The notes under the pieces: model-generated
Told to the model about the DNA's origin: nothing
Database searches by the model: none
What the model saw: only the letters and a program-made list of their open reading frames with translations
NCBI GenBank assembly: GCA_040751795.1
Contig: JBFMHR010000001.1
Span: 352,001 to 416,000, forward strand
Direction: 5' to 3'
Origin: Thermoplasmatota archaeon
GTDB lineage: Archaea > Thermoplasmatota > Thermoplasmata > UBA10834
DNA length: 64,000 nucleotides
Part shown: piece by piece, positions 9,091 through 20,125 of the stretch
How positions within the stretch are numbered: the first letter of the stretch is position 1
Layout: each line of letters begins with the position of its first letter
Position numbers and translations under genes: made by a program

Positions 9091-10113
9091 ATGACAACCC
9101 AACACGCTTCGGTCAAGACCCTGCTCCTCACGGGGAAGCAGGTCAAGAAGCTCCTTGATATGAAGGACGTGCTCGGCGCGGTCGAGGACGCCTTCAAGCA
9201 CAAGGGGCTAGGCAAGGTGCAGATGCCCCCAAAGGTGTACCTCTTCTACGAGAAGTTCGACGGGGACCTGCGGACGATGCCCTCGTACGTCGAGGACATG
9301 GACGTCTCGGCGGTGAAGATCGTCAACGTGCACCCGCAGAACGCGAAGAACTACGGCATGAGGACCGTCATGGCCCTCCTGGTGCTCATCAACCCGCACA
9401 CGGGGGCGCCCCTGGCGGTCATGGACGCGACCCACGTCACGGACATGAGGACCGGAGGGGCGAGCGCGATCGCCTCCAAGTACCTGGCGAGGCCGAACCC
9501 GAAGGTCGTCGGCATCATAGGCGCGGGGAACCAGGCGAGGACGCAGATGCTCGCGCTCCTGACCCAGTTCGGGCACTTCGACGAGGTCAGGGTGTTCGAC
9601 ATGTACCCTGAGAAGACGAAGGCGCTCGTGAGGGAGTTCAGGAGGCACTACAAGGACAGGGTCGGCAAGTTCGCGGTCGCGAAGGAGGCCAAGGCCGCCG
9701 TCGTGGACTCGGACATAGTGGTCACGTGCACATCCGCGAGGTCGCCCATAGTGATGGACGAGTGGGTGAAGGACGGGACCCACTTCTGCTGCATAGGCGC
9801 CGACGCGCCGGGGAAGCAGGAGATGGACCCCAGGATACTCAAGAGGGGCCGCCTCGTCATAGACGACTGGGAGCAGGCGTCGCACTCCGGCGAGATCAAC
9901 GTCCCGCTGGCGAAGGGCGAGCTCGTGCGCGAGGACGTCAACGCCGAGATAGGCGAGGTCGTCGCGGGGCTCAAGCCGGGCAGGGAGAACGACGAGCAGG
10001 TCACCATATTCTGCTCGACCGGGCTCGCGGTCCAGGACTGCCTCACGGCCAAGATCGTCTACGACCACGCCGTCAACCAGAAGGTCGGCAGGTCGATGCA
10101 GATCGTCCTCTGA
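9091..10113 (+). CDS. ala: Alanine dehydrogenase (archaeal, ornithine cyclodeaminase/mu-crystallin family)
   Basis: MPPKVYL, GDLRTMP, VKIVNVHP, GAGNQA, IGADAPGKQE, STGLAVQD motifs. Confidence 0.88.
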   Translation: MTTQHASVKTLLLTGKQVKKLLDMKDVLGAVEDAFKHKGLGKVQMPPKVYLFYEKFDGDLRTMPSYVEDMDVSAVKIVNVHPQNAKNYGMRTVMALLVLINPHTGAPLAVMDATHVTDMRTGGASAIASKYLARPNPKVVGIIGAGNQARTQMLALLTQFGHFDEVRVFDMYPEKTKALVREFRRHYKDRVGKFAVAKEAKAAVVDSDIVVTCTSARSPIVMDEWVKDGTHFCCIGADAPGKQEMDPRILKRGRLVIDDWEQASHSGEINVPLAKGELVREDVNAEIGEVVAGLKPGRENDEQVTIFCSTGLAVQDCLTAKIVYDHAVNQKVGRSMQIVL

Positions 10114-10309
10114 GGCGCCCGAGAGGGCCGAGCCCTCCCCAAACCCCCAACCCCTTCCCCATCTTCTCCTCCCGCGCCCAGGTCGGCACCGCCCTGCCAA
10201 CGGTTAAGTGCACGCCACGCCATACGAGGCGGGGGGCATGCGAGCGCGCACGGGGAGTTATCGAGAGGGCACTCATGGCCCCCTGGATGACATCGAAGGG
10301 GGAATAGGA

Positions 10310-11458
10310 TTGGCACGGAGATCGATCGGACTAGTCGCAGCCCTGCTGGTGGCGATGCCGTCGCTGCTGCTGGCTGCGCCAGCTGGTGCGGAGATCGTGC
10401 CGGACATGTGGACCGTCATGGTGTACATGGACGGCGACAACAACCTCGAGGCCGCGACTGTGACGGACCTCGGGGAGATGATGGTGGCTGGGTCCACGGC
10501 GGACGTCAACATCGTGGTCCTCGTCGACACGCTCGACGGGCCCGCGGAGCTCGTCTACGTGAACCAGGGGAGCACGACCACTGTCGCGGCCTGGGGCGAG
10601 GTCAACATGGGTGACCCCGCGACGCTGCAGGCGTTCATCGCCCAGTCGGCCGCGCTGTACCCGGCGGAGAACTACGTGCTCGACTTCTGGGACCACGGCG
10701 GGGGCATCATGGGCATATGCTGGGACGACACGTCCGGCTCGGACAAGCTGACCATGACCGAGGTCAGGTCCGCGGTCGTCGGCGCGGGGGTCGTGATGGA
10801 CGTCGTGATGTTCGACGCGTGCGACATGGCCCAGGCGGAGGTGGCCCACCTGTTCCAGGGCTACGCGGACTACGCCGTCTTCAGCCAGGAGACGATGTGG
10901 GGGCAGGGGTTCCCGTACGACGCCATACTCACGAGGCTCGTCGCGGAGCCGACCATGACGGACAGGGCCTACGCGCTGATCGTCGGCGAGGAGTTCACAG
11001 TGTTCTACGACGCACTGGGCTGGAACCTGTGCACCATCAGCGTCTACGACATGTCGTACCTGACGGCGGTGTCGGGGTCCGTGGGCACGCTCGCGAGCGG
11101 GATGAGGGCGACGATGAGCACGGCCTACAAGACCTACAAGGCCTGCAGGCTGAGCGCGGAGGAGGCCGCCGGGGCGGTCGACCTGAAGGGCTTCGCGCAG
11201 CTCGTCGCGGCGAACTCGAAGGTGAGCACGTCCGTGAGGAGCGCCGCGGCCGCGGTGGTGACCGCCGTCGCCGGGGCCATCATCTACGAGTGGCACTCGG
11301 ACGACTGCGACGGGATGAACGGGCTCGGGATATGGTTCCCGGTGAGCTCCGTGTCCTACTACTGGAGCCCGACCGTGGAGACCATGTACAGGGCGATGCC
11401 GTTCGACGCGGCGACGCACTGGGCGGACCTCCTCGACTCCTACTACGCGAAGGCGTGA
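10310..11458 (+). CDS. Secreted clostripain-family (C11) cysteine peptidase, paralogue 1
   Basis: Signal peptide, WTVMVYMDGDNNL, WDHGGG (catalytic His), FDACDMA (catalytic Cys). TTG start at 10310. Confidence 0.88.
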   Translation: MARRSIGLVAALLVAMPSLLLAAPAGAEIVPDMWTVMVYMDGDNNLEAATVTDLGEMMVAGSTADVNIVVLVDTLDGPAELVYVNQGSTTTVAAWGEVNMGDPATLQAFIAQSAALYPAENYVLDFWDHGGGIMGICWDDTSGSDKLTMTEVRSAVVGAGVVMDVVMFDACDMAQAEVAHLFQGYADYAVFSQETMWGQGFPYDAILTRLVAEPTMTDRAYALIVGEEFTVFYDALGWNLCTISVYDMSYLTAVSGSVGTLASGMRATMSTAYKTYKACRLSAEEAAGAVDLKGFAQLVAANSKVSTSVRSAAAAVVTAVAGAIIYEWHSDDCDGMNGLGIWFPVSSVSYYWSPTVETMYRAMPFDAATHWADLLDSYYAKA

Positions 11459-11491
11459 GGGGGAGCCGGAGGAGCCCGTGAAACGCCAAAC

Positions 11492-11527
11492 CCGGGGAGG
11501 CACGACGCCTCCCCGGAGTTGTTTCTT
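11492..11527 (+). terminator. Stem-loop plus T-rich tract after clostripain 1
   Basis: CCGGGGAGGC-ACGAC-GCCTCCCCGG perfect 10-bp stem followed by AGTTGTTTCTT. Confidence 0.55.
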
Positions 11528-11670
11528 CCCCCCGGCCGCGAGCGCGGAAGACGGGGGGTCAGTGGCGCTGTGCCTCGGCAACGGTTAATACCCTGTTATA
11601 TGATACTGACCGAGCCCTGCGGGCGCCCCGGAGGGGCCTCTGCCGGGCGAGCGTATAGGGGGGCTTCTGA

Positions 11671-12819
11671 CTGAGGAGAACGTACATGGGCCTTGCGGCC
11701 CTGCTGATGATACTGCCCGCGCTGGCGCTGTCCGCGCCGGCGAAGGCGGTCGACGTGCCGAACGAATGGACCGTGATGGTATACATGGACGGGGACAACA
11801 ACGTCGAGTCCTACGCCCTGGCCGACCTGGCCGAGCTCGAGTTCGTGGGGTCCAGCACCGACGTCGACTTCGTCGTGCTGCTAGACACCTACGGCGAGGG
11901 GGCGAACCTCCTCCACGTCGAGTACCCGGCCTCGACCGTCGTCGAGCCCTGGGGCGAGCCCGACATGGGCGACCCTGCCACGCTCACGCGCTTCATTGAC
12001 ACGGCCGAGGCAGCCTACCCGGCCGAGAGGTACGCGCTCGTGATGTGGGACCACGGCGGCGGCATACGCGGACTCTGCTGGGACGACGACAACGGCGGCG
12101 ACTACCTGACCATGGCCGAGTACAGGCAGGGGCTTGTCGGCGGGGGCGTGTCCTTCGACCTGATCGTGCTCAACGCCTGCGTCATGGCCACGGCCGAGAT
12201 AGCCCACCAGATGGTGGACTACGCGGACTACGTGGTCTTCAGCCAGGAGAACATGTACGCGGTCGGGTTCCCGTACGACGACGTCGCTGGGAGCCTCGTC
12301 CAGACGCCCACGATGGACGCGAGGGACTTCGCCCAGATGATGGCCGACCACTACGTCGTGCAGTTCCAGGCCCTCGGGTGGGACGGCGTCACCATAAGCA
12401 TCTACGACATGGCCCGGGTGGACGCGGTGGCCTCCGCGGTCAACGCCTTCGGCAGCGCCCAGAGGGCCACGATGGCGCAGTACTACATGGAGTACAAGAC
12501 GCTGAGGAAGCTGACGCCCGCGCCCAACAACGCGGCGGACCTCATCGGCTACGCGACCAAGGTCAGGGACAGCGCCGTCATCACCGACCCGGCGGTCAAG
12601 GCCTCCGCGCAGGCCGTGATCGACGCCGCCTCCGCGGCCATCGTGTTCGAGTGGGGCTCGGAGGACGTCGCGGACGAGACCGGCCTCGGGATCTGGTTCC
12701 CGACGAAGTCGGTCAAGTACTACTGGGGCGACTCGTACGAGGCCCTGTACAGGGGCCTCGTCTTCGACGGGGCCGCCCACTGGGCGGACTTCCTGGACAC
12801 CTACTACAACAAGGGGTGA
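11671..12819 (+). CDS. Secreted clostripain-family (C11) cysteine peptidase, paralogue 2
   Basis: WTVMVYMDGDNNV, WDHGGG, LNACVMA. ATG at 11686, probable CTG start at 11671. Confidence 0.88.
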   Translation: MRRTYMGLAALLMILPALALSAPAKAVDVPNEWTVMVYMDGDNNVESYALADLAELEFVGSSTDVDFVVLLDTYGEGANLLHVEYPASTVVEPWGEPDMGDPATLTRFIDTAEAAYPAERYALVMWDHGGGIRGLCWDDDNGGDYLTMAEYRQGLVGGGVSFDLIVLNACVMATAEIAHQMVDYADYVVFSQENMYAVGFPYDDVAGSLVQTPTMDARDFAQMMADHYVVQFQALGWDGVTISIYDMARVDAVASAVNAFGSAQRATMAQYYMEYKTLRKLTPAPNNAADLIGYATKVRDSAVITDPAVKASAQAVIDAASAAIVFEWGSEDVADETGLGIWFPTKSVKYYWGDSYEALYRGLVFDGAAHWADFLDTYYNKG

Positions 12820-12879
12820 ACGGGCCCTCCGGCCGCAAACACCTTCCACCAAACCCCAAGTCCCTTTTCAACGCATGGC

Positions 12880-14375
<1,496 letters not shown>

Positions 14376-14474
14376 CCGGGCCTGTGCGGGGAGGGGGCGC
14401 ACCCGCGCCTGTTCGGGCGAGGCATGATTACCCCGGTCATGCGATTTCCCCCCCAGGCATAGGAGGGGTTCGTT

Positions 14475-15245
14475 CTGGCTGACACAAAAGATGTGAGGTT
14501 CAAGAAGCTGAAGGATTTCAACATGGTGATGGGCTTTCTGCACCTGTTCCAGGGCGCGCTGATGCTGGTGCTGTGGCCGCCCTACGACGCCTCGGTGTAC
14601 ACCCGCTTCTTCGGGGTGGAGGACGGGGCCCCCGTGGTCGTCGAGGACCTGCTTGTGAAGATCCCGTTCGCGCCGATGGTGGCGTCGTTCCTGTTCGTCT
14701 CCGCCATAGCTCACTTCTCGCTGTCGACCTTCGCCAACAGGTGGTACGTCGAGAACCTGAGCAAGGGGATGAACCCGGCCAGGTGGCTCGAGTACTCGAT
14801 AAGCTCGTCGATCATGATCGTGCTGATCGCGTTCCTCGTCGGCATAGACGAGCTGGCGAGCCTGCTGCTGATCTTCACCCTGAACGCCACCATGAACCTG
14901 TTCGGCTGGATGATGGAGCTGCACAACCAGACCACGAAGAGGACCGACTGGACCGCCTACATATTCGGGTGCATCGCGGGCTTCGTCCCGTGGCTCGTCC
15001 TGGGCATCTACTTCTTCGGGGCGATACTGCAGAGCACCGACTCGGTGCCGACCTTCGTGTACGCGATATTCTTCATCCTGGCGGCGTTCTTCAACGTGTT
15101 CGCCATCAACATGGTGCTGCAGTACCGCGCCAAGGGGAGGTGGGCCGACTACCTCTACGGCGAGAGGGTGTACATCATCCTCAGCCTGACGGCGAAGTCC
15201 GCCCTCGCGTGGCTGGTCTTCGGCGGGACATACAGGTTCACGTGA
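14475..15245 (+). CDS. heR: Heliorhodopsin
   Basis: 7 TM helices, NPARWLEYSISSS (counter-ion Glu), YIILSLTAK retinal-binding SxxxK motif, conserved His in TM1/TM2. GTG at 14493 or CTG at 14475. Confidence 0.95.
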   Translation: MADTKDVRFKKLKDFNMVMGFLHLFQGALMLVLWPPYDASVYTRFFGVEDGAPVVVEDLLVKIPFAPMVASFLFVSAIAHFSLSTFANRWYVENLSKGMNPARWLEYSISSSIMIVLIAFLVGIDELASLLLIFTLNATMNLFGWMMELHNQTTKRTDWTAYIFGCIAGFVPWLVLGIYFFGAILQSTDSVPTFVYAIFFILAAFFNVFAINMVLQYRAKGRWADYLYGERVYIILSLTAKSALAWLVFGGTYRFT

Positions 15246-15327
15246 CCGGCCCGGGCGCCCAAACCCATTCACCAAACCCCTCATTCTCATCACAAGTGTT
15301 TTGGACGCCCACGCCGCTGCAGGTGCG

Positions 15328-16086
15328 ATGGCCTGGACGCAGAAGGAGATGGACCGGCAGCTGTCGAGGCAGTCCATGTGGCTCAGGGAGTCCTGGATGT
15401 GGCTCCTGGAGCAGAGGGTACTCAAGGGTTGGAGGGGCCACCACAGGCCGACGGCCCTGGACGTGGGCTGCGGGCCCGGACACGTGATGGAGGCGCTGTG
15501 GGAGCTCCTGGACGTCCACGGCCTGGACATCGACCCCGCCGCCGTCGAGGAGGCCAAGGGGAGGGGCCTGGACGCGAGGGAGGGGGACGCGCACTCGTTG
15601 CCGTATGCGGACGGCTCATTCGACATCGTGTACTGCTCGTTCCTGCTACTCTGGGTGAAGGGACCGGCCAAGGCCCTGTCCGAGATGGCCCGCGTCTCCA
15701 GGGACTGGGTCGTGTGCCTTGCCGAGCCGGACCTCGGGGCCAGGATCGACTACCCCGAGGAGCTCGCGCCCGTCGCCAGGATGGTCGCGGACGGTGTCAG
15801 GGCGGAGGGCGGGGACCCCCTCATGGGGCGGAAGCTGAGGTCGGTGTTCCGGTCGGCTGGCCTGGACGCCGACATAGGGGTGCACCCCGGAGTCTGGGGG
15901 GTCGAGAAGCTGAGGGAGGAGTCCGAGGCGGAGTGGAGGTACCTTGAGCTCACGGCCGGCGACGCGGGGAGTTCCGAGGCGCTCGCCCGGCTGAGGCCCG
16001 TGTGGGACCGCGCGGTCCGCGACGGGACCCTATTCCAGCACAGCCCTGTGTTCTACGCGTTCGCAAGGAAGCCGTCACATGGATGA
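15328..16086 (+). CDS. Class I SAM-dependent methyltransferase
   Basis: LDVGCGPG, GDAHSLPY, SFDIV motifs. Confidence 0.85.
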   Translation: MAWTQKEMDRQLSRQSMWLRESWMWLLEQRVLKGWRGHHRPTALDVGCGPGHVMEALWELLDVHGLDIDPAAVEEAKGRGLDAREGDAHSLPYADGSFDIVYCSFLLLWVKGPAKALSEMARVSRDWVVCLAEPDLGARIDYPEELAPVARMVADGVRAEGGDPLMGRKLRSVFRSAGLDADIGVHPGVWGVEKLREESEAEWRYLELTAGDAGSSEALARLRPVWDRAVRDGTLFQHSPVFYAFARKPSHG

Positions 16087-17427
16087 GTGCCTGTCGAGGC
16101 ACACGTAGTCCCCGTGCTGGGCCGACAGCGGGCACCCGCCCCCGCAGAGCTGCAGCATCTCGCACTTCCCGCACCTCTCGTCGACGTACTCCCTCCTCCT
16201 GATCCGCTCGCAGAGGGGGTGGGACCAGATCTTTTTCCAGTCGTCCCTCAGGACGTTGCCCAGGGGCTCGTAGTAGCTCTGGCACGGGATGACCGTCCCG
16301 TCAGGCTCGACGGCCATGTTGATGGAGCACGCGGTGCACTGCTTGATGCCCAGGCCCATGTTGACGGGGTTGAGCTCGCAGTAGGGCGTCGGCGAGTACC
16401 AGATGAGCCTCGTCCCTGTCTCGGATGCGACGTCCTTCAGGTCCTCGAGGAGGTCGGCCAGCTCCTGGAAGGTGACGCCCTCCGCCTCCGTCCCCTTGCC
16501 CGAGCGGATGACGCCGTTGAACGCGATGTTCTTCACGCCCAGCCCTGCGACGAACCTCATCGTATCGACGATCTGCGCGTGGTTGGACCTCATGATCGTC
16601 GTGTTGGTGCTGACGTACATGTCCTCGGCTACCGCGGCCTTCAGACCTTCCATGGTCTCCTTCCACGCCCCCTGCGCCCCGGCGAGCCGGTCGTGCGTGG
16701 CGGGGTCGTGCGAGAGCACGGTGACCTGGACGTGGTCCAGGCCCTTGGAAACGAGGGAACGGAGGTAGCCCGGCCTGCCCAGGGTCCTGCCGTTGGTGAC
16801 GAGGCCCGTGACCTGCCCGTGGTGCTCCGAGCGCTCCACGAGCTCCTCGAGGCCTTCGTACAGGGTCGGCTCCCCGCCCGTGAACACGATGTGCGGCACC
16901 CCGACATCCCAGAGCCTGTCTATGATCGACTTCCACTCGGCGACGGAGAGCTCGGCCTTCTCCTTCGTCGCGTTGTAGCAGTGGCCGCACTCGTTCTGGC
17001 ACCTGTATGTCAGTGCGAGGTCCATCCTGTAGGGGGAGGGCACGTTGTCCGCGCCCACCGTCCGGGAGTCGGGGCCCATGACGTCCATGACCGTCTCCTC
17101 GCCGTGGACGAACCTCACGAGCCTCTCCCTCGTGGCTGCGAAGTCCTCCCTGGCCTCCGCCTTCTTCAGGTGCTTGTACCTGCGCCTCATGTACCTGTAG
17201 GCCGCGCCGGCGTCCTTGCCCTCCAGGATGCAGCGCACGTAGTCGAGGGCGGTGCCGTTCATGAACACGAGCTTCGACGCGTCGACCATCAGGACGCCCC
17301 TGCTCTCGGAGTCGACCCTGATGTGGAACCTGTGGTGCGCAAGGTCCCCGGACCCGTCGAACCTGTACGTCCCGGCCTGCAGCCCCAGATCCTCAGGGGA
17401 CTGCGCCAGGAGCCTGATCCGCCTCAT
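16075..17427 (-). CDS. Radical SAM/SPASM-domain protein with N-terminal PqqD/RRE-like extension
   Basis: CQNECGHC, FTGGEPT, SPASM C..PC..CGKC..CGGGC. ATG at 17427 overlaps the upstream stop (ATGA). Confidence 0.92.
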   Translation of the reverse strand: MRRIRLLAQSPEDLGLQAGTYRFDGSGDLAHHRFHIRVDSESRGVLMVDASKLVFMNGTALDYVRCILEGKDAGAAYRYMRRRYKHLKKAEAREDFAATRERLVRFVHGEETVMDVMGPDSRTVGADNVPSPYRMDLALTYRCQNECGHCYNATKEKAELSVAEWKSIIDRLWDVGVPHIVFTGGEPTLYEGLEELVERSEHHGQVTGLVTNGRTLGRPGYLRSLVSKGLDHVQVTVLSHDPATHDRLAGAQGAWKETMEGLKAAVAEDMYVSTNTTIMRSNHAQIVDTMRFVAGLGVKNIAFNGVIRSGKGTEAEGVTFQELADLLEDLKDVASETGTRLIWYSPTPYCELNPVNMGLGIKQCTACSINMAVEPDGTVIPCQSYYEPLGNVLRDDWKKIWSHPLCERIRRREYVDERCGKCEMLQLCGGGCPLSAQHGDYVCLDRHSSM

Positions 17428-19094
17428 CTGCCTCCCCCCGCGCAGGCGCACGCGCAGGCGCATGCGCACGCACAGCCGCCCCCTCCTCCGCCGAAGCCCC
17501 CCCTGCCCTTGAGGTAGGAGCCGCCGAGGGCTGAGGACCCGACTGGTATCGGGTTGGTGCTGCCGGTGACCTCGTTGGCGAGGCCTTTGAAGTTGGTGAC
17601 GACGTTGTTGCTGGCGTTACGGACGCTCGACGCGTAGCTCGAAGCGAGGCTCTGTGGCGAAGCGGTGCCCGAGGACGCGGCCCTCCCGAGCGCGTAGTAC
17701 CTCACCGGCACGTGGACGTATGGGAGCCCCGCGAAGTGGTCCTGCATGCGCCTGTCGTAGCGCCTGTCCAGCATCATCCACTCGTGCCTGTCCGACAGGG
17801 ACGAGGCGAACTCCTCCGGGGTGCCCGCCTCCTTCACCTGGCGCCACGCGGCCCTGCAGATCTCCTCGTAGTAGGTCTTGGTGTGGTCGAAGTCGAAGCC
17901 CTCGAGCTTCTTCTCGGTGGCCTTGACGAGCGCGACGAGCGCGTCCCTCAGCTCGTCGCGGTCCACCCTGCCGTCGAGGTGCACGGCCTGGAGGTACGCG
18001 TTCTCGTAGGCGTGCTCCCCCTTCGCAGTGAGCTTGGTGATCGTCATTGGCTTCGCCTCCGAGTCGATCCTGACCATCCCCTTCTTGGCGAGCCCGAAGA
18101 GGATCATGGTGGCGACCATCTCGAGCGGCCTCTCGAGCACCACGGCGGCCTCCACCGCGGTGAGGTCCCGCCTCGGTCCGGCGCCGACGGTGCCCAGGGA
18201 GGGCTTGAAGTAGTCCTTCCTCCTCGCCGCCTTCGACGCCCTGTCTATGACGATCCCGAGGGTGAATATCCCGCCCATGACCACCACGGGGGCGCAGAGG
18301 CAGAGGAGGTCCGCGAACGACATGAGGAGGTCCGAGACCCTGTCCCAGACGGTGAACTCCACGTATGAATCGACGTACTCGGAGGGGAACGCCGCCCCGA
18401 AGTCGTAGGTCCCCGAGGCCACGTCGGTCGGGTCCACGCCCAGCGCGCTCCACGTCGCGACCAGGTACCCGAGGTCCACGCCTATGCTGTCCCAGGGCTG
18501 CCCCTCGAGGTACAGCGCCTCGGAGGCGTCCGTGAACCCCTCCGGGAAGAACACGCGGACGGTGAGGTTCCCCACGAAGCCCGTCTGGAAGGAGGGCTCG
18601 AACCAGGTCGGCCTCATCGCGATGCCCACGGTGCCATCGGCCAGCTCGTTCTCGTAGACCATGTGCGGGTTGTTGATGTGGAAGTCGAGGGTGAACGTCG
18701 CCCCGCCCGTCTCGCTCACGAGGTCCATGACCTGGGACGTGAACTCCACCGCGACGCCGACGTCGATGTACGGCGACGCGCGGATCTGCGATGGGGCGTA
18801 CTCAGTCCCCCCTATCGTGATGACCGCCTCCGCGGTGTCGAGGTCGTACCTGTCGTTGGGGAGGCCTATGTCCACGCCGTCGAGGTAGCCGTAGTTGGTG
18901 AAGAGGAACGAGTAGTCTATGTCTATGCTGCCGTCCTTCAGTATGTGTACGTCCAGGAACTCGTGCTGCACGAGGAAGCTGTACTCCTGGGCCGATGCGG
19001 ACGCGGCCTGGATGCCGCTGGACCACGCGGAGGCCGCCATCAGGAGGAGGGCCGCGGAGGCCACGGAAGCGATCAGCGAGCGACGCCTGTTCAA
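17424..19094 (-). CDS. Single-pass membrane protein (DUF2207-like architecture) with Gly-rich (Cys-Ala)6-GGGR C-terminal tail
   Basis: Signal peptide, extracellular beta domain, one TM, cytoplasmic domain, terminal GGGGGGCACACACACACAGGGR. Confidence 0.85.
   Translation of the reverse strand: MNRRRSLIASVASAALLLMAASAWSSGIQAASASAQEYSFLVQHEFLDVHILKDGSIDIDYSFLFTNYGYLDGVDIGLPNDRYDLDTAEAVITIGGTEYAPSQIRASPYIDVGVAVEFTSQVMDLVSETGGATFTLDFHINNPHMVYENELADGTVGIAMRPTWFEPSFQTGFVGNLTVRVFFPEGFTDASEALYLEGQPWDSIGVDLGYLVATWSALGVDPTDVASGTYDFGAAFPSEYVDSYVEFTVWDRVSDLLMSFADLLCLCAPVVVMGGIFTLGIVIDRASKAARRKDYFKPSLGTVGAGPRRDLTAVEAAVVLERPLEMVATMILFGLAKKGMVRIDSEAKPMTITKLTAKGEHAYENAYLQAVHLDGRVDRDELRDALVALVKATEKKLEGFDFDHTKTYYEEICRAAWRQVKEAGTPEEFASSLSDRHEWMMLDRRYDRRMQDHFAGLPYVHVPVRYYALGRAASSGTASPQSLASSYASSVRNASNNVVTNFKGLANEVTGSTNPIPVGSSALGGSYLKGRGGFGGGGGGCACACACACACAGGGR
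17439..17474 (-). repeat. Hexamer repeat encoding (Cys-Ala)6
   Basis: tgt gcg tgc gca tgc gcc tgc gcg tgc gcc tgc gcg, with synonymous variation at Ala codons. Confidence 0.9.
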
Positions 19095-19101
19095 GGATGG
19101 A

Positions 19102-19497
19102 TCACCACTTCGGGGCTTCCTGGAGGGCGAAGACGACGCCGCAGTACGGGCACTTGGCCATCAGGCCGCCCTGGACCGCGGTGACGTCCTTGTCGGCTAT
19201 GGGGGCGCCGCACGACCTGCACACCATGTCCTTGGGGACCATGGTGCCCGAGCCCGACATGGAGACGTTGAAGGTCTGCGAGATGAGCTTCGGTTTGGCC
19301 GCCTCGATCTTCTCGACCCTGTAGACGTAGTACATCAGCCCGGCGCCGATGAGGACCATCGCGAGGCCCGCGACGGCGTTCTCGACGCTCCACGCGATTA
19401 TGAATATCGCGCCCAGCAGGATGAGGCATATCCCCGCGAATGTGACTAAGGCCCCCACTACCTTGTTCATGGCCGTCCCGACGGGGATGATTCCCAT
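19102..19497 (-). CDS. Small 2-TM protein with C-terminal zinc ribbon (first gene of rSAM operon)
   Basis: Two TM helices, CRSCG...CPYCG. Ends 7 nt before the Cys-tail gene. Confidence 0.8.
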   Translation of the reverse strand: MGIIPVGTAMNKVVGALVTFAGICLILLGAIFIIAWSVENAVAGLAMVLIGAGLMYYVYRVEKIEAAKPKLISQTFNVSMSGSGTMVPKDMVCRSCGAPIADKDVTAVQGGLMAKCPYCGVVFALQEAPKW

Positions 19498-19553
19498 CGG
19501 GCATCATATAACCTTGTCGGGAGAAGCCCCGCCCGGGGCCTCCCCCGAGGCCC

Positions 19554-20072
19554 TCACCTCGGGGCTTCCTGGGCTGACCTGAACTGGTCCGACGACTTGG
19601 CGATCAGTATGAGCCCGGGTATCCCGAAGAAGAACGCCAGCCCGAATATCGAGCAAGCGGCACCGAGGACCGCGAGCGGGAACGCCCTCTTCGCAAGCGC
19701 CATGAGGCCGCCCATTATGCCGAGGGCGGCGCAGGAGTAGAGCACGACCACCAGGGCCAGGGCCTCACCCTCGAGGTCCCCGCCGGCCGAGACCATGATG
19801 GACGTCAGGACTATGGAGAACACGCTCGCGACGATTGTGAGCACCCCGCCGACGACCAGCTGGTCCTTCGACTGCTCCTTCGGCCTCGCCCTGAAGTCGT
19901 GGCCGCAGTACTGGCACACGTTCACGTCCCAAGAGATGACCCTGCCGCAGGAGACGCAGTGCCTCATCCTCGACTCGCCCGGCGTGACCGCCGGCGCCTC
20001 GGCCGGCCTGCCGCACATGTTGCAGAACCTCATCCCGGCGGGGTTGTCCGCCCCGCACTGAGCGCACTTCAT
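19554..20072 (-). CDS. Double zinc-ribbon membrane protein
   Basis: MKCAQC..CNMC, CVSC..CQYCGHDFR, 3-4 TM helices (C-terminal part of ORF 19554..21077). Confidence 0.78.
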   Translation of the reverse strand: MKCAQCGADNPAGMRFCNMCGRPAEAPAVTPGESRMRHCVSCGRVISWDVNVCQYCGHDFRARPKEQSKDQLVVGGVLTIVASVFSIVLTSIMVSAGGDLEGEALALVVVLYSCAALGIMGGLMALAKRAFPLAVLGAACSIFGLAFFFGIPGLILIAKSSDQFRSAQEAPR

Positions 20073-20125
20073 GTCCCTTCCTCCTGACCCGAATCGGGCC
20101 CGGGGGCCTTCAAGCCTTCGGCCGT

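Noticed and set aside
17439-17474. Phase-variable microsatellite
   Set aside because: Synonymous variation breaks the DNA repeat, so it is a protein-level repeat.
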